64,000 bases of DNA from a virus (IMGVR_UViG_3300030330_004160:96001-160000); one strand, 5' to 3'; counted from the first letter of the stretch, positions 48,535 through 58,936 are shown. The notes: generated from the letters alone by a model not told the origin. Program-made: numbers and translations.

Positions 48535-49647
48535 TTGGGAAAAGTATTACAAATGGCGGTTAAGCCGGGAAAGATTGACATTTCAGCAATGAAAAAGTTT
48601 GTCAATAAGAAAGTGGGACTTGACGTAGCACACGACCTACGACAGGACAATCCCACAACAGTGAAACAGTGGATCCCCACGGGATCTAGATGGTTAGACT
48701 CTATTATATGTAGAGGGAGATATGCGGGTATCCCCGTTGGGAAGATTACCGAGATTGCCGGACTCAGTTCAGCAGGTAAATCTTTCATGGCTGTACAAGT
48801 AGCAGCCAACGCCCAGAAGATGGGCATGTTCGTGGTGTATTTCGACGCAGAGAGTGCTATTGATCCAATGTTCCTGACCGATGCTGGTGTGGACATTAAT
48901 GAGAACTTTCTCTATATCCAAGCAGTATCTGTGGAAAAGACACTTGAGACTATTGAAGACATGATGAGCGAATGGCCAGATCAGCAGTTTCTGTTTATTT
49001 GGGACAGTATCGCAGCAACGACAGCGGAAAAAGACCTTGAGGGAGACTTCAACCCTCAGTCAAGTATGGCGATGAAGCCGAGAATTTTCTCCAAAGCATT
49101 TCCAAAATTGACGATTCCTTTGGCGAACCAGCAAAGTTCCCTTCTTCTGATCAATCAGTTGAAGACGAATATCACAAGCAATGTAGCAGAGGCCATGACG
49201 ACACCTTACATCGCACCAGGTGGAAAGGCTATCGAATACTTCAGTTCATTGCGGATTTGGCTCACCAAGCGGAAAGCAAAGGCTTCTTTCGTTACTGATG
49301 ACTCAGGGTACCGTGTAGGTTCCGAGGTTAAAGTAAAAGTTCAAAAGTCTCGCTTCGGCTCCGAAGGTCGGGAATGTACATTCAAGATTCTTTGGGGTCA
49401 CCATGTAGGTATCCAAGATGAAGAGAGTTGGCTTACAGCGATTCGTATGGCCAAGTCAGATAGATATAGAACCGCAGGTGCATGGAACTATATCAAAGAC
49501 AAAGACGGCAAAGAGTACAAATTTCAAGCGAAAGATTGGAAGAGTAAACTCACTGATGAGAAGTTCAGACAAGCCGTGTTTGATATCATGGATGAAGAAA
49601 TCATTATGAAGTTCGACTCGCAAGAGAAGGACATTACAGTAGAGTGA
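48535..49647 (+). CDS. recA: RecA/UvsX recombinase
   Basis: IPTGS..LD, GLSSAGKS, FDAE, WDSIA, INQL, PGGKA, VKV.K.R; TTG start with AGGAGG SD. Confidence 0.95.
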   Translation: MGKVLQMAVKPGKIDISAMKKFVNKKVGLDVAHDLRQDNPTTVKQWIPTGSRWLDSIICRGRYAGIPVGKITEIAGLSSAGKSFMAVQVAANAQKMGMFVVYFDAESAIDPMFLTDAGVDINENFLYIQAVSVEKTLETIEDMMSEWPDQQFLFIWDSIAATTAEKDLEGDFNPQSSMAMKPRIFSKAFPKLTIPLANQQSSLLLINQLKTNITSNVAEAMTTPYIAPGGKAIEYFSSLRIWLTKRKAKASFVTDDSGYRVGSEVKVKVQKSRFGSEGRECTFKILWGHHVGIQDEESWLTAIRMAKSDRYRTAGAWNYIKDKDGKEYKFQAKDWKSKLTDEKFRQAVFDIMDEEIIMKFDSQEKDITVE

Positions 49648-49669
49648 GCCCATGTGGCTCCTCATTTTT

Positions 49670-49696
49670 GCCCCTCGGGAAACCGAGGGGTTTTTT
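49670..49696 (+). terminator. Rho-independent terminator (GAAA loop)
   Basis: GCCCCTCGG GAAA CCGAGGGGT TTTTT. Confidence 0.85.
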
Positions 49697-49698
49697 AT

Positions 49699-49726
49699 TT
49701 GACAAATGCGGAGGATATGTTATATT
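49699..49726 (+). promoter_or_regulatory. Sigma70-type promoter
   Basis: TTGACA-N16-TATATT with extended TG, right after terminator. Confidence 0.7.
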
Positions 49727-49745
49727 ATAAGGACAAGGAGGACTT

Positions 49746-50717
49746 ATGGAAGAGAGAAAAAATAGAGTAATCTTAATTGATGCTCTTAACATGTTTATAC
49801 GATCTTATGTGATCAACCCTACCTTGGATGCCAAGGGTAGGCCGATAGGTGGAGTAATCGGCTTTATGAAGTCATTACAGAAGGTTTGCAGGGAACTACG
49901 ACCTCATGAGGTTATTGTTTGCTGGGATGGCCTAGGAGGCTCGCAGAAGAGAAAGGCACAAAACAAGAACTACAAGGCTGGACGTAAGCCACTACGATTC
50001 AACCGTAGAATGATTGAACTTGACCCCGAGGCTCAAGAACAAAATAGAATTTATCAACTCATAAGACTTCATGAGTATCTCAATGAGATGCCTGTGATAC
50101 AGTTGACAGTTGATGGAGTTGAGGCTGATGATATTATTGCCCACGCCGTAAACCACAGCAAATACACAGATTGGGAGCGAATCATTATATCTAGCGACAG
50201 AGATTTCTTTCAGTTATGCAATGCTGGCACAGTGGTGTATCGCCCAATACAAAACGAGGTCATCACCAGAGGGATGCTTACAATGAAAGAGGGCATCCAC
50301 CCATGCAACTACGCTCTAGCGAGAGCCATTGTTGGAGACAAGTCAGATAACCTTCCAGGGATCAACAGAGTCGGTATGAAGACGGTCGCTAAAATATTTT
50401 CATTCCTTGAGGAAGCGAAGCAGTACGACGTTGAAGATATCATCAATCACTGCGAATCTGTTGAGAAAAAGGCAGCAACACATAGGAACATTATAGAAGG
50501 CAAAGAAATCATTCAAAAGAACTACAACCTGATGCAGTTGTATAGCCCTTTGATTTCCTACACAAACAAAAAATCTATTGATTACAACATCAATGAGTTT
50601 GAGCCCGAGTTCAATAAAACAAATATTTTTAAGATGTTGATTGAAGACGGACATGCATCATTTAAGTTAGACAATCTTTATGCTATCATGAAAAGTATCA
50701 CAAGGAGGAAAAAATGA
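49746..50717 (+). CDS. 5'-3' exonuclease / flap endonuclease (T4 RNase H-like)
   Basis: LIDA.N, WDG, YKAGR, EADDII, SSDRDF.QL, GDKSDNLPGI..VG.KT. Confidence 0.95.
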   Translation: MEERKNRVILIDALNMFIRSYVINPTLDAKGRPIGGVIGFMKSLQKVCRELRPHEVIVCWDGLGGSQKRKAQNKNYKAGRKPLRFNRRMIELDPEAQEQNRIYQLIRLHEYLNEMPVIQLTVDGVEADDIIAHAVNHSKYTDWERIIISSDRDFFQLCNAGTVVYRPIQNEVITRGMLTMKEGIHPCNYALARAIVGDKSDNLPGINRVGMKTVAKIFSFLEEAKQYDVEDIINHCESVEKKAATHRNIIEGKEIIQKNYNLMQLYSPLISYTNKKSIDYNINEFEPEFNKTNIFKMLIEDGHASFKLDNLYAIMKSITRRKK

Positions 50718-51316
50718 AAGCAATTCTTAAAGTATCGCCACTTATCAAAGATTATGAGTTACGATATAAACCAGTAATTATTACGGTTAATGAGTTTACC
50801 GAAAAATCAGCATTAGAATTTTCAACAAAGATGACGTTGGCACATAACACAGGCCAACCACTTATACCAATTGTTATTGATTCGTATGGAGGTCAAGTTT
50901 ACTCGCTAATGTCTATGATAGCCGAGATACGCTCCGCTAGCCTTCCAATCGCCACTATAGTGCAAGGTAAAGCAATGTCCTGCGGGGCCGTGCTGACAAC
51001 CTTTGGAGCACCAGGGATGCGATATATGGATCCTGATGCGACATTCATGATTCATGATGTTAGTTCTATGGCTTGGGGCAAGATTGCGGAGATGAAAGCA
51101 GATGTTGAGGAAGCCGGCAGGTTAAATGAAAAAATCTTTACTATGATGGATAGAAACTGCGGCCAGCCTGATGGCTTTTTTATGAAAAAGTTAAAAAAGA
51201 AAGACAGAGCAGATTGGTATCTTGATGCCAAAAAATGTAAAAAATATGGTATTATTAATCATTTAAAGATGCCAACTATGAAAATCAGTGTAAACTGCGA
51301 CATCACGGTGAAATAA
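50714..51316 (+). CDS. clpP: ClpP-family protease
   Basis: IDSYGG.V, GKAMSCGA, FMIHD, D.Y.DA. Confidence 0.9.
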   Translation: MKAILKVSPLIKDYELRYKPVIITVNEFTEKSALEFSTKMTLAHNTGQPLIPIVIDSYGGQVYSLMSMIAEIRSASLPIATIVQGKAMSCGAVLTTFGAPGMRYMDPDATFMIHDVSSMAWGKIAEMKADVEEAGRLNEKIFTMMDRNCGQPDGFFMKKLKKKDRADWYLDAKKCKKYGIINHLKMPTMKISVNCDITVK

Positions 51317-51381
51317 ATAAAAGTACTGCTTGACAGAGGTCAGCCAATCAGTTAATAGTTATATATGCTTAGGAGGAAACT

Positions 51382-52737
51382 ATGGAGAGAAAGAACGAGA
51401 CAATGATGAGGTTCGGAACGACGTTTCAAGAGAACCTATGTCAACTTATTTTAGAGGATCGCCCATTTTGTGATCAAATAGAGGAGGTGTTAGATGTTGA
51501 GTTTTTGGAGTTGCGGTATTTGCAAGTTTTTGCGAAGACAATATTTAACTATCGATTGAAATACGGAACTCATCCAACTTATGATATAACTGCTACTATG
51601 TTGAAGTCTGACCTTAAAGCAGAGAACGAGGCTGTAAAAAAGCAAGTGCGAGATTACTTTACTCGCATCATGTCCGGCGAAGTCAAGGGAACTGAGTATA
51701 TTAAAGACCGTTCCCTTGACTTTTGTCGTAAGCAAGTGTTGAAAGGCGCCATGATGAAGTCGATTGGTCTTTTGAAAACCTCGTCCTTTGACGAGATTCA
51801 GAAAATTATCGATGACGCACTTAAGTTAGGCACTGATAACAATTTCGGTCACGATTTCCTTAAAGATTTTGAACAAAGATTTCTTGTTAAGTCCCGAGAC
51901 CCCATATCCACAGGTTGGAAAAGAATCGACGAGATTTGCAAAGGAGGTATTGGCAAAAGAGAACTTGGTGTCGTTATCGCACCCACTGGTGCTGGTAAAT
52001 CTATGGTGCTCTGCCATCTCGGAACACAGGCACTAAAAGAAGGAAAGACTGTTATACACTATACTCTAGAACTCGCAGATTCTGTTGTAGGCACTCGTTA
52101 TGATTGCTGTCTGTCGGGCGTTTCTCTACGTGACCACAAAATAAATAAAGAAAAAATATTTGATGTGGTATCTGAAGTAGATGGTCATCTAATTATTAAG
52201 GAATACCCGACGAAGTCTGCTTCGACTAACACAATCAAAACTCATATCGAAAAACTGAAGAAACGTGGTATTGAGCCTGATATGATTATTGTCGATTACG
52301 CTGACTTACTGAGACCAGTCAGAAACACAAGCGAAAAGAGGCATGATTTGGAGAATATTTATGAAGAACTTAGAGCGATTGCTCAAGTTTATGATTGTCC
52401 CTTATGGACTGCTTCGCAAACAAACCGCTCTGGTTTAAATGCTGAAGTTATTACCATGGAAGCAATATCTGAAGCATTTAATAAATGTTTTGTTGCGGAT
52501 TTCATTTGTTCTCTATCAAGAACAGTTGAAGACAAGAATGCCAATACAGGCAGAGTGTTCATAGCGAAAAACAGAAACGGACCAGATGGCTTGGTATTTC
52601 CAGCATTCGTGGATTGGTCTAATATTCGTATCAAGATACTAGAGAGAAACAACGGGGAAGAGGGCGCTCCTGTTGAGTCAACAAAAGAAGCCCTTGATTT
52701 TCTTAAGAAAAAATACAAAGACATGAGGAATAAATAA
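51382..52737 (+). CDS. dnaB: Replicative DnaB-like helicase (gp41-like)
   Basis: APTGAGKS, YTLEL, IIVDYADLL, TASQTNR, AKNRNG. Confidence 0.95.
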   Translation: MERKNETMMRFGTTFQENLCQLILEDRPFCDQIEEVLDVEFLELRYLQVFAKTIFNYRLKYGTHPTYDITATMLKSDLKAENEAVKKQVRDYFTRIMSGEVKGTEYIKDRSLDFCRKQVLKGAMMKSIGLLKTSSFDEIQKIIDDALKLGTDNNFGHDFLKDFEQRFLVKSRDPISTGWKRIDEICKGGIGKRELGVVIAPTGAGKSMVLCHLGTQALKEGKTVIHYTLELADSVVGTRYDCCLSGVSLRDHKINKEKIFDVVSEVDGHLIIKEYPTKSASTNTIKTHIEKLKKRGIEPDMIIVDYADLLRPVRNTSEKRHDLENIYEELRAIAQVYDCPLWTASQTNRSGLNAEVITMEAISEAFNKCFVADFICSLSRTVEDKNANTGRVFIAKNRNGPDGLVFPAFVDWSNIRIKILERNNGEEGAPVESTKEALDFLKKKYKDMRNK

Positions 52738-54593
52738 TGGACGTAGCAAGTAAAATTTTATCAGACATCACAGTGCATATGAAATATGCAAGATACTTAG
52801 ACGATGACAACAGAAGAGAGAATTGGAATGAGTTGGTTACTAGAAATATGCAAATGCATATCAAGAAGTATCCGCACTTACAAGACGAAATAGAATCAGC
52901 GTATCAATACGTATACGACAGGAAGATACTGCCTTCAATGAGATCAATGCAGTTCGCCGGCAAACCAATATCAGTCAGCCCTAATCGTGTGTTCAACTGT
53001 GCATATGCTCCTGCTGATGATCTCCGAGTATTTGGAGAGATTATGTTTCTTCTGCTTGGGGGAACTGGTGTTGGATTCTCTGTACAAAAACATCACGTTG
53101 AGAAACTCCCTCCAATACGCAAGCCGAATGCGAAAAGGTCGCGACGTTTCTTGGTTGGGGATTCAATCGAAGGATGGGCAGACTCTATCACAGCGCTTAT
53201 TAAGTCTTATTTTAAGGGCACATCAAAAGTTCGTTTTGATTTTTCTGATATCCGTCCCAAAGGTGCACGCCTAGTTACAAGTGGAGGCAAAGCACCCGGC
53301 CCACAGCCACTTCGTGAGTGCCTCGTTAAGATTGAGGGCCTTCTTGATGCAAAAGAAAGCGGAGACCAACTTAAACCAATTGAAGTTCACGATATTGTCT
53401 GTCACGTTGCAGATGCTGTCTTGGCTGGCGGTATCCGTCGTGCTGCTCTTATTTCTTTGTTTAGTGTCGATGATGAAGATATGCTTGCGGCTAAAGCAGG
53501 AAATTGGTGGGAGACTAACCCGCAGAGAGGTCGTGCTAATAACTCTGTTGTTGTTATGCGTCATAGGGCTGACCAAGAACTGTTTCTAAATCTTTGGGAA
53601 AGAATAAAGGCATCCGGCGCAGGAGAGCCTGGCATCTACTTTACGAACGATAAGGAGTGGGGCTGTAATCCGTGCTGCGAGATTGCCCTCCGTCCCTTCC
53701 AGTTTTGTAATCTTACGGAAGTAAATGTTAGCAACGTTGAGACACAAGAGGAATATAACGCTCGTGCAAAAGCAGCCTCCTTCGTCGGAACACTCCAGGC
53801 TTCCTATACTGATTTTCACTATCTAAGACCAGTATGGCAGAGAAACACTGAAAAAGATTATCTGATTGGAGTTTCCATGACCGGAATAGCCTCGGGTAAA
53901 GTATTGGAACTTAACATGAAAGAGGCCGCTAACGTTGTTAAGAAAGAAAATGAGCGTGTGGCTACAATGCTTGATATCAAGCCGGCTGCTCGCTGCACCA
54001 CAACCAAACCTGCTGGTACAACTTCGCTTGTTTTGGGAACTTCATCGGGTATCCACGCTTGGCATAATGATTACTATATCCGTCGCATTAGAGTGGGTAA
54101 AAATGAAGCAATATACAAATATCTAGAGCAGAACCACCCTTCTTTGATTGAGGACGAGTTCTTCAGGCCACACGATACAGCGATCATCTCAGTGCCACAA
54201 AAATCACCAGAAAACGCAATAACTCGCAACGAAAGCGCACTTGATTTACTTGAGAGAGTCAAAAAAGTTCACACCGAGTGGGTAAAAACAGGCCACAGAA
54301 AAGGACAGAACTCTAATAATGTTTCTGCAACTGTGACAGTTAAGCCTGATGAGTGGAGTAGTGTTGGTGAATGGATGTGGAAAAATAAAAAGTTTTATAA
54401 TGGATTGTCTATCCTGCCACACTCCGACCACACCTATAAGCAAGCACCGTTTGAGGACTGCACAGAAGAGGTGTATGAAAAAATGTTAGCCACTTTAATT
54501 GAGGTTGATTTAGACCAAGTGGTAGAGATGGAAGACGAAACAGATCTTAAAGGAGAGATTGCTTGTGCCGGAGGTGCGTGCGAAATCTTTTAA
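52737..54593 (+). CDS. nrdJ: Class II (B12-dependent) ribonucleotide reductase
   Basis: LPSMR, FNC, GTGVGFS, GGIRRAA, NPCCEI, CNLTE, KPAGT.S, C-terminal ACAGGACE; no adjacent nrdB. Confidence 0.9.
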   Translation: MDVASKILSDITVHMKYARYLDDDNRRENWNELVTRNMQMHIKKYPHLQDEIESAYQYVYDRKILPSMRSMQFAGKPISVSPNRVFNCAYAPADDLRVFGEIMFLLLGGTGVGFSVQKHHVEKLPPIRKPNAKRSRRFLVGDSIEGWADSITALIKSYFKGTSKVRFDFSDIRPKGARLVTSGGKAPGPQPLRECLVKIEGLLDAKESGDQLKPIEVHDIVCHVADAVLAGGIRRAALISLFSVDDEDMLAAKAGNWWETNPQRGRANNSVVVMRHRADQELFLNLWERIKASGAGEPGIYFTNDKEWGCNPCCEIALRPFQFCNLTEVNVSNVETQEEYNARAKAASFVGTLQASYTDFHYLRPVWQRNTEKDYLIGVSMTGIASGKVLELNMKEAANVVKKENERVATMLDIKPAARCTTTKPAGTTSLVLGTSSGIHAWHNDYYIRRIRVGKNEAIYKYLEQNHPSLIEDEFFRPHDTAIISVPQKSPENAITRNESALDLLERVKKVHTEWVKTGHRKGQNSNNVSATVTVKPDEWSSVGEWMWKNKKFYNGLSILPHSDHTYKQAPFEDCTEEVYEKMLATLIEVDLDQVVEMEDETDLKGEIACAGGACEIF

Positions 54594-54609
54594 GTAAAAT
54601 AGTTACTGT

Positions 54610-54825
54610 ATGGGGAAACTATACAGGACTGTTAAGAGAGGCGATTTAATAAGGTTCACTGCTCGGGGATATAGAAAACAAAAGATATTGGCTCTAGTAA
54701 TAGAGGCATACCATTATCATGACATTCCCGAGAAGTTTGAGTCGCTTTTTTATGTATATCTGATAACTTTTGATGATATGATGTTCATTGAACCACAGGA
54801 TTTTTTAGACTTGGAGGTATTGTGA
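54610..54825 (+). CDS. Hypothetical protein
   Basis: ORF filling gap, GTGA overlap with next gene. Confidence 0.55.
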   Translation: MGKLYRTVKRGDLIRFTARGYRKQKILALVIEAYHYHDIPEKFESLFYVYLITFDDMMFIEPQDFLDLEVL

Positions 54826-55106
54826 AATTTAGTCCTAAAAACAGACATTTGTGGGTTACCCCACACGAAGAAAAGCAAGAGGAAGGTGAAAATCTTAAGA
54901 TTTTAGTACCGACTGACTATGAGAAGCCAAAGTCCCCATATGTTATGGCCACGGTAATGAAGGCTTCGGATGACTGCACTATACTTGGAATTGCTCCCGG
55001 CAATAGAGTTGTTGTTGAGAGAAGAATGTTGCATAATCTTGAAATTGAAGGCAAAAACATCTATTTAGTATTGGAAAACTACGTTTATGGGAGGATTGAT
55101 AAATGA
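54822..55106 (+). CDS. groES: GroES-like co-chaperonin (gp31-like)
   Basis: MKF.P.NRHL.V...ILVP...V...G.RVV......IEG...YLV.E..VYG. Confidence 0.75.
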   Translation: MKFSPKNRHLWVTPHEEKQEEGENLKILVPTDYEKPKSPYVMATVMKASDDCTILGIAPGNRVVVERRMLHNLEIEGKNIYLVLENYVYGRIDK

Positions 55107-55810
55107 AATTGAATAAACAAACACTAAAAAATATGATACAGGAAGTGATCGAAGAAGGAAGTATGAGAAGCATGCTATTGGAAAGTCCAATCCTCACAGA
55201 AACAACTTTCAATAGAATTAAGGATAAAATTGACAACAGCGATATCCCTTTTATCGTAATTTCTGCTGATCGTCACGAATATGATCGCATTGAGAATAAC
55301 AAAAGATACAAAAGCTTGAAAAAAGATCTTAAAGCTTTGGGTATCCCATTCGCTGAGGTTCAAGGTTCTTGGATTGAAAAAGCAGAAGATGGAAGCGAAC
55401 ATAGAGTTATTGAGAAATCTGTTGTCGCTTACGAAGAAGACAGAGCAGATGTAGACCCAGTCAATATTGACCTCTGGACAGTTGGCAAAGAGTTGTGTGC
55501 TAAGTATAAGCAAGATGCTTTTATTTATGGTGAGGTTTCTAATAAAACCAAGCAGCGCCACATTAATGCCTATGATGAAAACGGACAACCAGTTCAGTAT
55601 GGCGGCCCATGGAACACACTCCAGCCAATTGAGAAAGATGCATCATTCTGGTCAAAGGTCAGAGGCTCAACCTTTGTGTTCGATCAAGGACCAAAGATTC
55701 AGGAAGTTGTTGAAGTTGAGGCTCCGAACTCTGTAATTGAAGCATATGCACTTGCCGCTCAGTATGGCAAGAATGTCAAGTTTGTCCGGAGGGCAAATGA
55801 AGAAAGTTGA
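55103..55810 (+). CDS. Protein with MKLNKQTLKNMIQEVIEE leader (probable internal head protein; DUF3293-like core)
   Basis: Leader motif, LLE/LTE sites, upstream CTATTTA at 55061; ISA.R..N..R...L...G.W.E...KYKQD. Confidence 0.65.
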   Translation: MKLNKQTLKNMIQEVIEEGSMRSMLLESPILTETTFNRIKDKIDNSDIPFIVISADRHEYDRIENNKRYKSLKKDLKALGIPFAEVQGSWIEKAEDGSEHRVIEKSVVAYEEDRADVDPVNIDLWTVGKELCAKYKQDAFIYGEVSNKTKQRHINAYDENGQPVQYGGPWNTLQPIEKDASFWSKVRGSTFVFDQGPKIQEVVEVEAPNSVIEAYALAAQYGKNVKFVRRANEES

Positions 55811-56507
55811 ACTTTATGGAGATGATATAGGATATGTTGAGTATATTGACCATATGGGCACCGATACTACTGTCGTTAATGCTGCTCGTGTATCTTTTGG
55901 TAAACATAAGGAAGTAATGGACGAGAAGGATGAGAAACTGATAAAGTATCTCATCAAGCACCGTCACACTTCTCCATTCGAACATTGCTCGGTGACCTTT
56001 CGGTTCACCGTTCCTTTGTTTGTGAGATCTCAACACCACAGACACAGAACATGGGCGTATAACGAAATTAGTCGGAGGTATACAAGTTATGACATTCAAT
56101 TCTATGAACCAAAACAATTCAGGGCCCAACATAAGTCTAACCGACAGGCTAGTGTACTTGACAGTGGCGTTAATCCTGTCCTATACCCTGATTTGGCTGA
56201 TATGGACTTCGGCGTAAAGGCATCCGATGTTGTAAAAACACACCATAAAAAGTCTCTTGGTCTTTATCAACTACTTATTAATAGAGGTGTGTGTCGGGAG
56301 CAGGCTCGTGGAGTCCTGCCTCAAAATATGTACACTCAATATTACGGAACGGTAAACATGTCAAATCTTTTGAAGTTTGTTGACTTGAGAACTCATGAGG
56401 GAGCACAATGGGAGATAGCAAAAGTAGGAAAAGCCTGCCTTGATATCGCGATGGATCTATGGCCAGTTTCCATTTCCGCTTGGAGTGAGATGCGAGGTGG
56501 ATCCTAG
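55797..56507 (+). CDS. thyX: Flavin-dependent thymidylate synthase
   Basis: VNAARVS, H.SPFEH, RHRTWAYNEISRRY, EQAR.VLP, AQWEI. Confidence 0.97.
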   Translation: MKKVELYGDDIGYVEYIDHMGTDTTVVNAARVSFGKHKEVMDEKDEKLIKYLIKHRHTSPFEHCSVTFRFTVPLFVRSQHHRHRTWAYNEISRRYTSYDIQFYEPKQFRAQHKSNRQASVLDSGVNPVLYPDLADMDFGVKASDVVKTHHKKSLGLYQLLINRGVCREQARGVLPQNMYTQYYGTVNMSNLLKFVDLRTHEGAQWEIAKVGKACLDIAMDLWPVSISAWSEMRGGS

Positions 56508-56778
56508 ATTTAAGAAGGGAGACCTTGTTTATTTAAATCGGTTCGGCAAAGTTATGCTGTACCCATCATACCAAGATGTCGTAAGTATTGGCCTAATAAT
56601 GACCGATGCCTACGACATTTTTTATCCAGATGCTTATGATGAGAATTATTTAGAGTATTGGGGATATGATATAATGTTTGGAGACAAACTAATTACATTA
56701 ATACCTGAAGAGTTTATTATTAGACCGGGAGAAGTAGATGAAACGGATACTGAAGAATTGGAAGACCTATTTAAATGA
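56497..56778 (+). CDS. Hypothetical protein
   Basis: GTG start overlapping thyX; FKKGDLV motif. Confidence 0.55.
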   Translation: MDPRFKKGDLVYLNRFGKVMLYPSYQDVVSIGLIMTDAYDIFYPDAYDENYLEYWGYDIMFGDKLITLIPEEFIIRPGEVDETDTEELEDLFK

Positions 56779-57274
56779 AGGCGGTGTAACGATACAAAAA
56801 CACACAGGTCGTGGCGGAAGATTTTCTAGAGAGGTTTTTAGAGATCATTTGAACTTTTATCTCGGCGGAACATATCAACAGTTTCAAGATATTGGTGAGA
56901 TCTTGCAAAAAATTAAAGCAAGTGACCAAGAAAAACAAGCAATGGCCGATGATCTTGGTGGTATGATAAACTATTATAATACCAGAGGAGCGATTGAGTA
57001 TTTCGATGGAGAACCTTTAGAGGTAGTATCTGTGGCTAGAATACGTGAACTTCTGAATATTCTGGCTGCACAAGGCTTCGAAGCCATCAATCCAACCAAC
57101 CCAAAAACAATCGAAGAGTTTTATGTTATGGGCAAAGACTTGACCGCACCACGATCCCAACCCCTCCCGCAAGCACCCTCATCAAAGACAGAGCCACAGA
57201 AAAGTCGCTTGGGCCAGACAGCAGCCATGAGTTACGATGACATTATGAAGTTGCAGCAAAAGAGGAAGCGTTGA
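56738..57274 (+). CDS. Protein with MKRILKNWKTYLNE leader (probable internal head protein)
   Basis: Leader ends in L-x-E; ACTAATTA at 56688. Confidence 0.6.
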   Translation: MKRILKNWKTYLNEGGVTIQKHTGRGGRFSREVFRDHLNFYLGGTYQQFQDIGEILQKIKASDQEKQAMADDLGGMINYYNTRGAIEYFDGEPLEVVSVARIRELLNILAAQGFEAINPTNPKTIEEFYVMGKDLTAPRSQPLPQAPSSKTEPQKSRLGQTAAMSYDDIMKLQQKRKR

Positions 57275-58068
57275 GGGGCCATGTTTACCAATACGATACT
57301 TTGGTATGTGGCGGCGGGATTAACACTTTGCTATATTGTTTCCATACGGCATCGCCATTAGTGTTAACAAGCCCGTGTAACATTTTCCATTTTGAGACAA
57401 TCAAAGGAGATTTTTCATTCTTAGGACTGTCTGATAAAGAGGTTCTGTCTGTTGAGTTGTGGAATAGGTTGTACATGATATTGTCCTTGTCTGGCAAGAT
57501 AGTCAACCCTATACCAGCACAGAATCTCCGTATGGAACGAGGCAAGATGGTGTACATCACAGATAGAAATAAAAGAATCACAGCAGAATATAACAAGATG
57601 CTCAAATTTGAGCAAGAACAGAAAGAGTGTATGGTATACGATTGGTTTGCCGTCAAATCTGGTGGAAAACATGACTTTGAAAAACTCAAAGACCCTGAAA
57701 ATTTTTTCGTTCAACTTTTGAGATTTCACCCCTCAATGAGGAAAAATGTAAATGGCATCAAAGATGTGGTCGCTGTGTCCAAGGTAAACAAAGAAAGCAT
57801 CACAGATTTTGACCATTCAGAGACAATGGCCCGACTTAAAGCCACCAAGATGATGAAAGCCGCCGGTATTCGCGGCAGAAGCAATGGCACCAATAAGAGG
57901 GGCCACAAACTTCACTATGCGATAAAGTTAGAACACTCACACAGAGAAATAATCCCGAAAATTAAATATCGCATGTCGATAAAGAAAATATTAGAAATAA
58001 AACCCAACAAGGGGGAGATGTGGAATTTGACGAAAAACCTTTTCATTCGGAAAACTCGTTCCATTTAG
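57271..58068 (+). CDS. Hypothetical protein with degenerate Rossmann N-terminus
   Basis: YDTLVCGGGI. Confidence 0.55.
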   Translation: MRGHVYQYDTLVCGGGINTLLYCFHTASPLVLTSPCNIFHFETIKGDFSFLGLSDKEVLSVELWNRLYMILSLSGKIVNPIPAQNLRMERGKMVYITDRNKRITAEYNKMLKFEQEQKECMVYDWFAVKSGGKHDFEKLKDPENFFVQLLRFHPSMRKNVNGIKDVVAVSKVNKESITDFDHSETMARLKATKMMKAAGIRGRSNGTNKRGHKLHYAIKLEHSHREIIPKIKYRMSIKKILEIKPNKGEMWNLTKNLFIRKTRSI

Positions 58069-58934
58069 CCGGAGTGATACCAATAGCCGGACAGCCACTG
58101 GAATACAACATGGATTGGCCCGACTGTATGATGCCAATAGCACCGAACTATACCATGATTGAGGCTTCAATATATGAGTGTGCTATGGCGGGATGTGAAA
58201 CAATCTGGTTGATTTGCAATGATGACATTTCGCCACTCATTCGCTATAGAATCGGAGACTATGTCGAAGACCCAGTATGGGCATCTAGAAAATTTGAAAA
58301 AAATCCAAGAATGGTTCGCTCACAAATTCCAATATTCTATGTCCCTGTGCATCCGAAAGACCGAGACAAAAGAGATTGTTTAGCATGGAGTGTTATTTAC
58401 GGTGCTCTCTCTGCTTTAAAAGTGTCTTCAAAAATAAGCAAATGGTTGATTCCCGATAAATATTATGTCTCATTTCCATACAGCATATATCCCGTTGAGG
58501 AGATCCGAGAACACAGAAAAAAGATTTCTTCAAAAAAGAATTTTTACATGCGTTTTGACCAAAACACGGTAGAAAATAATAAATTTATGTCATTTACTTT
58601 CGGAAAAGATGAATTTATTAAATATAGGAGAGTAATTAGAAAAGAGGGTACTGGCTTATATACTTCGGATTTGAACGAAAAAGGCATGCCCCACGCCAAA
58701 CTTCCAATAGAAGAAAGGTGGTCCGCAAGGTTTTTTGAGTTAGAGCAAGTGTTTAGAGATTTAGATTTAGAAAACGCAACAGTTTTTGAGCCTAGTTGGT
58801 ATTACAACTTGGGCTCTTGGGAGGAGTATAAGCACTTTTTGGGTTCTAATGAGTCACATCAAGTGAAAAGACCTTGGGAGAGGATATTGAAATATAGAGA
58901 ATTTAATCCAATAGGAGTTGATCGGGAGGACTAG
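58020..58934 (+). CDS. Nucleotidyltransferase-like (NTP-transferase fold) protein
   Basis: AGVIPIAG...P..MMPI....I...I......AG...IW.I. Confidence 0.55.
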   Translation: MEFDEKPFHSENSFHLAGVIPIAGQPLEYNMDWPDCMMPIAPNYTMIEASIYECAMAGCETIWLICNDDISPLIRYRIGDYVEDPVWASRKFEKNPRMVRSQIPIFYVPVHPKDRDKRDCLAWSVIYGALSALKVSSKISKWLIPDKYYVSFPYSIYPVEEIREHRKKISSKKNFYMRFDQNTVENNKFMSFTFGKDEFIKYRRVIRKEGTGLYTSDLNEKGMPHAKLPIEERWSARFFELEQVFRDLDLENATVFEPSWYYNLGSWEEYKHFLGSNESHQVKRPWERILKYREFNPIGVDRED

Positions 58935-58936
58935 TA

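Noticed and set aside
5760-54593. Inteins or introns in terminase, RecA, helicase or RNR
   Set aside because: Lengths are normal, motifs are contiguous and no intein end signatures are seen
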